In this document: positions 56,850 through 64,000 of the stretch, one piece after another
Layout: every line of letters starts with the position of its first letter
Position numbering within the stretch: the stretch's first letter is position 1
NCBI GenBank assembly: GCA_025594325.1
Contig: JANHCV010000007.1
Location: 496,001-560,000 of the forward strand
Reading direction: 5' to 3'
DNA from: Blastocladiella emersonii ATCC 22665
Taxonomy: Eukaryota > Fungi > Blastocladiomycota
DNA length: 64,000 bases
The notes under the pieces: generated by a model
The model's database searches: none
What the model saw: the letters and a program-made list of their open reading frames with translations, nothing else
Told to the model about the DNA's origin: nothing
Program-made: the position numbers and the translations under genes

Positions 56850-57329
56850 GGTGTAGCCCGCGGCCGTCGGCGAGAAGGCCACGGTCGCGGAACAGGCGGC
56901 AGATGGCCTTGAAGGTCTCGCGGGGCATACGGGCGATTTCCGAAAAACGCGTTTCGCTGTTGCACGTCAGCAGCTCTTGAACCCACGACTCGCCGGAAAG
57001 CGTGGACGTGCGGATAGGCTCCCACGAGCGGCGCTCGTTGCGAGCAGCGAGACGTCGCAGGAGAGCGAGGGCGGCTGTGAGCATTAGGCCGCGCAGCTTG
57101 CGGTTGTATCCCTTGCCCATGTTGTTCGAGGGCTCGAGAGCACGATGCGTGAGGTTAGGTGTTGATTCGTTGCAATAAGTGCGGCTGCAAGGAGGTGGGA
57201 AAGATTTTATTGCGTGGGGGCGTTCATCCAGCGGGGCGTTTGGTTCGCACGGCCGCTGAGATGAACGGGGGTGAGGTGAAACGAGGCAACTTTTTCAGCT
57301 GATCCACCTAATCTGAACCAAACGGGCCC
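56850..57329 (-). mobile_element. PIF/Harbinger transposon end with transposase N-terminal fragment
   Basis: ORF PIRTSTLSGESWVQELL...RFSEIARMPRETFKAICRLFRDRGLLADGR matches the N-terminus of PIF-type transposases. The TIR reads GGGCCCGTTTGGTT on the minus strand (57316-57329), followed by TTA (57330-57332). The second TIR is not found. Confidence 0.85.
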
Positions 57330-57516
57330 TTAGGTTATTCCATTATATATCCAGCTCTCGAGCAAGGTTCTTAGGAAGGGAGCGTCGGATTTCGACTCTG
57401 GAATGCCACTACTTGCGCAGCGGCGCGTGGGAGCAACAAGAGTGGCGCAACGCGTGTTGGACGCGCTGATCGGCTTGCATCGTGAAAGGGAAAGGTGGAG
57501 GTAATATATAAACGAT

Positions 57517-59724
57517 TCAAAGAACAGAAACGGGAATCTTGGGGCCTATGTCAGCAAACAAGCTGCGGAGGCGGAACGCGCGCGACTCGGCCTGTTGGTT
57601 GCCAGGAGGCATCCGAATGACAACTCGAGCATCGCTCCCACTCGCCACTGCATGTAGTTTTACACGGCGGGCCGCGTCAATAACCGCGTCCCATGTTCCA
57701 ACGCTCGCATCGATGTCAAGCGCTTCAACAACGAGCGCCTTGATGTAGGGCTGAGCGCTGAAGTGGAGGAGCCGCGGGGATGCTTCAAGGAGGCGCGCAA
57801 GTTTGTGCATGGACAAGGCGACTCGAGCATACTCGACATGAGTTGAACCAACGCTCTCGAAGCAAATGCGCACAGCCCGCGGGAACTGGGCCAGCGGCCC
57901 CGGTTCAATCTGTTGAGGCTGGTTTGTTTTGACGCGCGGGCATCCAATAGTCACTCAAATCGCGTCAGGAAACCGCATTGCTGCAAGCGGCGCAAGCCAA
58001 ACGTGAGGGACCTTAAGGTGCTCGAGGTGCGAAACTGCAGCATTGAGGGGAGAAAGACTTGGATCCCAGAACGGTGTGGTGGCACCAACACTCCAGTTGA
58101 CAGCCAAGCGGCGAAGGCGCGGGAGCGTGAAGAGGTCCTGATGCGGTATCGGTGGGGAGGCATAACCTGCTTGACTTGATGGAGGGAAATCGCTATGGAA
58201 GTCCAGGTGGAGCGACTCGATCTGTTGCCACGGCCAGCGCGAGAGCGATGCTACGCCGCGCGAAAACGCATCGATAGGAATGCCGCTCAGTCTAAGCGAA
58301 GTCAGAGCTGGAGAAGTAATCAATAGGGCAAGCTCCCACGGAAGCGAGAGCTTGCTGAGATGGCGCAACTCAATCAGTTGTTTGCCAGTGTCAAACGGCA
58401 CATCTTCAGGCAGCTCAATCTCGAGCTGTTCAAGCGCAGGCATCGAACTGAGCATGCTCAAGACTCTGGGCCACGAGAGACCCAAAACAGAACAAAGTTG
58501 GAGTCTGCGCAGCTTAGACATGCGGGCCAGGCCAAGTAAGTCGTTGTCGTCAAGCAAGTACAAGCAATAAAAGGTTGACTTGATTGTAAATCCACCAAGG
58601 TTTTCGAGGGCTGGAATAAGGTGGAGCGGAACAAGCTCGTGGTCAATCGTGATTGAAACGAACGTTGGGTACTGACCTGTAGCGCGCGGTGACAATGACA
58701 CAGGTACCAAATCTTTGGCGCCAGCCCAGAACTTGGCATCCAGTTGAGCACACTTGAGCAAGCAATGTCGTGACACGCAAAGCGAAGCAAACACCGAGTA
58801 GTGGATGGAAAAGCTCCCCGCTTTGAGGTTTCGCAAGGCCGGCATGGCAGGCAAAGAAACCAGCCGCGTTTTGACTCTGTCTACATTGGTTTCTTCGGGA
58901 ACATAAAAGATGAAGCGAAAATCTCGGATATGCGGTAGAGTTACGTGTGCAAGATCGAAATTGAGGACGGAATGAGCAGCGTCACAGACCAAATTTCGCA
59001 AATCGATGGTGAATGCGCGGAGCGATGCCGCAAGCGCGTTGAGGAGACTGGAAAGCGATTCGCTTGTGAGAAACACTTCGTTAACGTAGAGACTGCCAAG
59101 CGGTGGCATCCACGAAGCGCAAGCGAGCTGGTGAATAAGCTGGGCGTGCAGTTCGAGTCGAGGCGCGTTTGCCATTGCCAGGTCAAGGGTGAGCTGTGAC
59201 AGGTACGAAAGATTGAGAGGGATACCTGTCCCTTCGACCCGCTGCGAGATGTACCGCCCGTGTTCATCTTGTACAGACTCAGAATCGAGGATAAGAGGGC
59301 CAGACTCGCGAAGCTCGAGTCCTCGCGACGCCTCGCACGGCCACACGGCCGAGGCGAGCACGGTGCCAAGAGAAGTTTGTGAGAGACTTGCGCAGCTGTC
59401 GATCTTCCAGTAACTCGAGCGCCAGATTAAACGGTGTTGAACAATGGAGTGCAGGCTGCGGCTCGCGGCGCCAAAGTTAAGAAGCGTGACCAGATCTTCG
59501 CGACCGTCGCTGTATACGCCAAGAGCATCATAAGTGTGTTTGGAAGCCGAGTGGTTGAGGTAGATCGCGATGCGTTCGAGAACATCGAGGGGAAGCAGCG
59601 GGCCAAGCGCGGTCGTGGACGGCGCGTCGGTCGCTGCTTGAGAGGACACCAAGGCTTCGGTGACGCCGTCACTTTGCATGAGCTTATCATCCATATCGCG
59701 GTCGTTTGCAGGCAAGGTTTGCAT
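57517..59724 (-). pseudogene. F-box/LRR family 2 copy F5 with a single nonsense codon
   Basis: Reads FPDAI-TGA-VTIGCP (TGA at 57955-57957) where paralogs read FPNAIRVTIGCP. The frame is otherwise open. Confidence 0.8.
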
Positions 59725-59993
59725 GACGCGGGAGAGCGAAACGGCGCCGGACCTGGGCTCTGCTCCGCGACTCTGCGACGCGTCGGTGGCGCTCGCGGCC
59801 CACGTGCGGCGGGTCGGCAAGCCACCGAGCCCGGCGCGTCCCGCTGCTGTCCTTCTTCGAGCCCAGCTTCGGCTTCCTCCCACTCTCTCTCTCCCAGCAC
59901 GCACCACACCGCTGCTGCTACGCATCACACGAAACGCATCGACGACCACGCACCAACGACCCCCGCCAGCAGCCCGCCGTCCCCATTATCAGA

Positions 59994-62900
59994 ATGTCCT
60001 TCATCGAGCGCGACAAGGTCCGCACGGCGATCCTGCAGTTCACCATCAACCTCGCGGGCGCGCTGCTGGTGGGCGTCGTCTACCTCAACTACCTGCTGCT
60101 CAAGCCCTACGCCCGCCCGCTGTTCTGGGCCCTCATCTTGTGCGGCTCACCCCTCTCGCCCCTCCGCCCTCGCGCGCGCTGACCGGGCGCGCCGTACCGT
60201 AGCTCCGTCCCGCTGCACGCCATCAAGAACGAGATCCTCGCCTACGTCTACGACGCCATCGACGACGACGGCATCTCGGTCGTGCGCGTCTTCTGGCTCG
60301 GCCTCAAGATCACCTTGAAGCTGTGCTTCGGCGAGATCGCCACGCTGCTCTCGCGCCTGTTCCACTCCTACGTCTACCTCGTGTCGCGCATCTCGGCCGA
60401 CCCGCTCGCCGAGAGCAAGGAGGGCGCGCGCGCCGCCGACACCACCGCTTCTCCCGCCTCCGGTTCCGCCGATGCCGCTGCGTCCAGCGATGGCGGTCCG
60501 GACGGCGCCTCTACCACCACCTCGACCTCGCCCACCGCCGATGGCGCCGAGCCCTCGGGCGGGTCCGCCGTCGCCGCCGCCCGCCGCGCGTTCCTGCGCG
60601 AGCGCATGCGCAAGGCGTCTGAGCCGCTCCTCCGCCGCCGGACCACGCTCACGCCCGGCTCCATGCGCCAGCCGCGCCCGCTATCCATGGAGTGGGCTGC
60701 CGATGCGCTGATCCCGCTCAAGGCCATTGTGGCGGCCGGCGAAAAGTGGTTCGACGACCTCGACGGCGACGACGTGGCCACACCCACCGTCGCAAGCGCG
60801 TCGACCCCATCGCTCACCCCGACGAGCAGCCGGTCGCCCAGCGCTGCCACGTCGGTCAGTCTCCGCGTTCCCGACGTGACGGTCGCGCCACCGCCGCCGC
60901 CGCCGCGGTCCGAGTCGCCGTCGCCCGTCACCGACGACGAGAGCGGCACCGCGACCGCGTCCAGCGAAAGCACGAGCCACAACCATGGCGACGAGGAGGA
61001 GGAGGACGAGGAGGACGCTGCCGGCCCGCCGAGCCCGTCCAAGTCGCTCCGCCCGTTCCACTCGGCCGCCGACCTGCGTTCGCTCTCCCCGTCGCCCGCT
61101 GCCGCCGCCCGCGACCGCGACAGCTTCCTCTCCACCGTGTCCGAGGCCAGCTCCTCGTCGCGCCGCAGTAGCGCGTCCGTCGACCCTGGCCGCGTCGCTG
61201 CGCTCCAGCCGCTCGCCAAAAAGTCGATTGCCATGATGCGCGCTCCGCCCAAGCCGACTGCTGACGAGGCTGCTGCTGGCGCACCCGATGCTGCGACCGC
61301 GACGACGCCCGGAACCGCGGCCGAGGCTGCGCTGGATGCGAGTAACTCGACCAGCAAGCCGAGCGGCACCTCGGCCTCGCACCCGTCGCTCCTCGAGACG
61401 GCGCCGCGCAGCCGCCGGCCCAACGTGAAGCGCCGCCTGTTCACGGTATCCCGCGCGCCGTCGACCTCGGCGCGCGACCGCCGCAACAGCGCGTCGCCAT
61501 CGCGCGGGCCGACGCAGGCCGAGGAGCTGGTCGCGGCCGCGCGCGAGACCTCGTCCTTCTACCTGACGCTATTATGGCGCGTGTGCTCCGTCTACGTCGT
61601 GTACCTCCTGTACCACCAGCTCGGCGCACAGAACCAGGCCGCCATCACGCTGACGGTCGCGGGGCTCGTTCTCGTGCACGTGTCGTTCCACCTCGCGATC
61701 CGCCTGTACCTCGTGCACCTGCGCCACCACCTCCGCCGGTACGCCGACCTCGCGCTCGCGCGCGTGCACCCGCTCGACGTGATCGTCGCGTCGGTGTGGA
61801 GCAAGGTGACGCGGCTCACGGTCGGGATCGGCGTCGCGTGGGTGCGCGGCACCTTCAAGCGCGGCAAGTCCAACGCCAAGGAGGTGTTTGCGCGCAACGC
61901 CAGCTCGTTTGCGGCGCTGTTCGTGCTCACGTCGGTCCTCACGATCGGCGTCCTGCTCACGACCTTCATCACGTTCAAGGTCGGCCAGGAGACGAATATG
62001 GTGATGGAGGGCACGATTTCGACGCTCGAGTCGCACCTGTCCGACGACATGAAGCAGAAGTTTCAGTCGGTGCTCGCCGACGGGTACGCCATGGGGATCG
62101 GGTGGGTCGACACCAAGCTCGCCGAAACGTTCCCGCAGGCCAACCTGACCGCCGTGTACCGCCGCATCTCGCGCTCGTTTTCGCGCAGCCCGACGCCGAC
62201 GCTCGTTGGGCTCTCCGCCGCGGCGAGCAGCGGGACGCCGGTGCTCGGCAAGGCGCTCGTCGAGGACCCCGCCGCGGTCGTCGGCGAGCTCGCGTTCCTG
62301 ACGCGGCTCCCGCACACGGCCACGGTCGTCGCGGCGCTGACCACGGGCAACTTCTCGGCGCTCACCGACTACACGGTGCTCATGGGGTCGGCCATGGAGC
62401 TCAAGGACAGCAGCAGCCACATGGTCGCGACCGTCACGAAACTGATCCAGGACTCGTCGACCGCCACGGCGTACCTTTCGGGCGCGCTCACGTCCATGGG
62501 GACCGTCACGTTCAGCGTGCTGATCAGCATCACGCAGTACCTGCTCGACGCCTTCGACTTCATCTTCCAGGGCATCATGTTCCTGATCACGCTGCACACG
62601 CTCGTGTCGCGCGAGACGTCGGTCACCGAGTGGTTCGCGCACCTGCTGATCCTGGCGGACCCGGAGCAGGAGCTGACGCGGTCGCTCGAGGACAACATCG
62701 TGTCGGTGCTCATGTGCACGACCAAGCTGACCGTGTTCCACACGCTGCTGACGTGGTTCACCTTCTCTGCGTTCGGCGTCGACCTCGTCTACATCTCGAC
62801 CGCCCTGACCGTCGTGCTCTCGATCGTCCCGCTCGTCCCGCCCATGTGGATCGCCGTCCCCGCCGCCATCTCGCTCTACTGGCAAACGCGCTTTTGGAGC

Positions 62901-63128
62901 GCCACGGCCCTGCTCGTCATTCACTTCTACGCCGCGTGGTTCGTCGACCCGGCGTTCTTTGCCGAGATCCCCGAGGTCAACCCGTACTTTTCCGCCCTCG
63001 CCTTCATCCTCGGCCTCTGGGCGTTTGGTCTCGAGGGACTCGTCCTTGGCCCGCTTCTCATGACCGTCATCCCGACGCTCTTCTCCATGATGTCCAAGAA
63101 GCTTGGCGAATCCGAGCCCGTCGCGTGA
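59994..63128 (+). CDS. TMEM245: TMEM245-like / AI-2E (UPF0118) family multi-pass membrane protein
   Basis: N-terminal LLKPYARPLFWALI-SVPLHAIK and C-terminal FSALAFILGLWAFGLEGLVLGPLL. One intron at about 60140-60202. Long Ser/Pro/Ala-rich loop. Confidence 0.8.
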
Positions 63129-63346
63129 GAGGAGATGTAAACGAGAAATGTATCATGGTGTGTTCAAAGGAAATCGTGGAAGGTGAACTGGATGTACGTT
63201 GGGAACGAAGCGAGCCGTGTTGAGCGATGGCCTGTTGAGCCTGCTGTTGAGCGACGCGCGAGACGCGCGCCCAAAATCCGACTGGCGTCTCGAATCGGTC
63301 CTCGCTCCAAACGTCCCCCACCATGAATGATAATCGAATGAAACCC

Positions 63347-64000
63347 ATGCAACTTAACTTGCTGCCTTCTCTCGTACTCGCGAACCTCGCCCTATACCTC
63401 GACGCGCGCGAGCTCTCGCGGCTGCGACAGACCTGCGTCGCGCTGAGCCGCGTCCCCGCGAGCGCCGCCGCTCTGCGCGAACACACCCGGTGGGCCATCG
63501 ACCGCGGATCCTTCTCTGATTTGCGCACGCTGCTCTTCGATCAACGTCGATCCATCCCCGAGGAGGACCTGTATGCGGTTTCAAAGATGCTTGCCAAGGG
63601 TGCCGTCGACCTTTGCGACATGGAGTTGCTCCGTTCCGTCCTCGACACCGCTGTCGCTCCAGCACCGCGCGGCCATGTCGGCATTTCTATCTTCCACCTG
63701 CTCCTTGACGCAACTCAGCTGGGGCAGCGCGGGGTTCCAGGCGCGCTCGACATCGCTCAATTCCTTATCATCAATCCGCGGCCTTGCTACATGCCAAGCC
63801 ACCACTTCTTCGGCGAACTCTTCTCTGCCTTTCGTACCGTCGCGTCATCCGTTGACTTGGACACGCTGGCCAAAACGCATCCGTTGCGGGCATTCAACCT
63901 TGCCGTTCTTGCTGACAACCAGCCGTACATCACCCAGCACCTCGCCGCATCATTGAAAGTCCTTGTCCAAGACCCAAGCGCGCGTGACCAACGCAGCGGG
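63347..64000 (+). CDS. F-box protein, 5' part (runs off the window)
   Basis: MQLNLLPSLVLANLALYLDARELSRLRQTCVAL, with an open frame to the window end. It is missing from the ORF track because it has no stop. Confidence 0.7.
   Translation, partial: MQLNLLPSLVLANLALYLDARELSRLRQTCVALSRVPASAAALREHTRWAIDRGSFSDLRTLLFDQRRSIPEEDLYAVSKMLAKGAVDLCDMELLRSVLDTAVAPAPRGHVGISIFHLLLDATQLGQRGVPGALDIAQFLIINPRPCYMPSHHFFGELFSAFRTVASSVDLDTLAKTHPLRAFNLAVLADNQPYITQHLAASLKVLVQDPSARDQRSG

Noticed and set aside
38273-57957. Alternative genetic code (TGA or TAG reassigned)
   Set aside because: TGA and TAG terminate the conserved genes normally. The in-frame stops occur only in decaying paralogs and replace different residues.
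509-63000. Many long Arg/Ala/Gly-rich ORFs in the track (e.g. 509-1975, 27019-28215, 28270-29919, 43767-46271, 61574-63223)
   Set aside because: They are antisense or shifted-frame shadows of real high-GC3 genes. Stop codons are rare in such frames.

Overview
This is GC-rich, intron-containing eukaryotic DNA. Introns are short (about 50-85 nt; GTACGT/GTGCGG donors, CTRAC branch, YAG acceptors). The gene repertoire points to an early-diverging zoosporic fungus, probably Blastocladiomycota/Allomyces-like (inference). Conserved genes: a PPR protein, CSN2, an ETR1-like ethylene-receptor hybrid histidine kinase, an alternative NADH dehydrogenase and TMEM245. They are interleaved with three expanding and decaying families: (1) receptors built as trehalose/maltose-type solute-binding domain + class C GPCR 7TM + cytoplasmic PH(-like) domain, with 3 intact copies and 1 pseudogene; (2) a tandem array of 5 F-box-like/LRR genes with an EYWEI motif and acidic tail; (3) 5 copies of a second F-box/LRR family plus one partial F-box gene. 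The region 41.5-57.4 kb is a nested transposon graveyard: a 9.3 kb CACC-ended TIR element containing a Helitron-like Rep remnant, hairpin termini, a 1.35 kb palindrome and a 26-bp minisatellite; a Ty1/copia remnant and a related solo LTR with non-canonical AGTT...AA(C/T)T ends; and a PIF/Harbinger end. All domain calls come from motif recognition by eye. No database searches were run, and exon boundaries were checked by hand only where stated.
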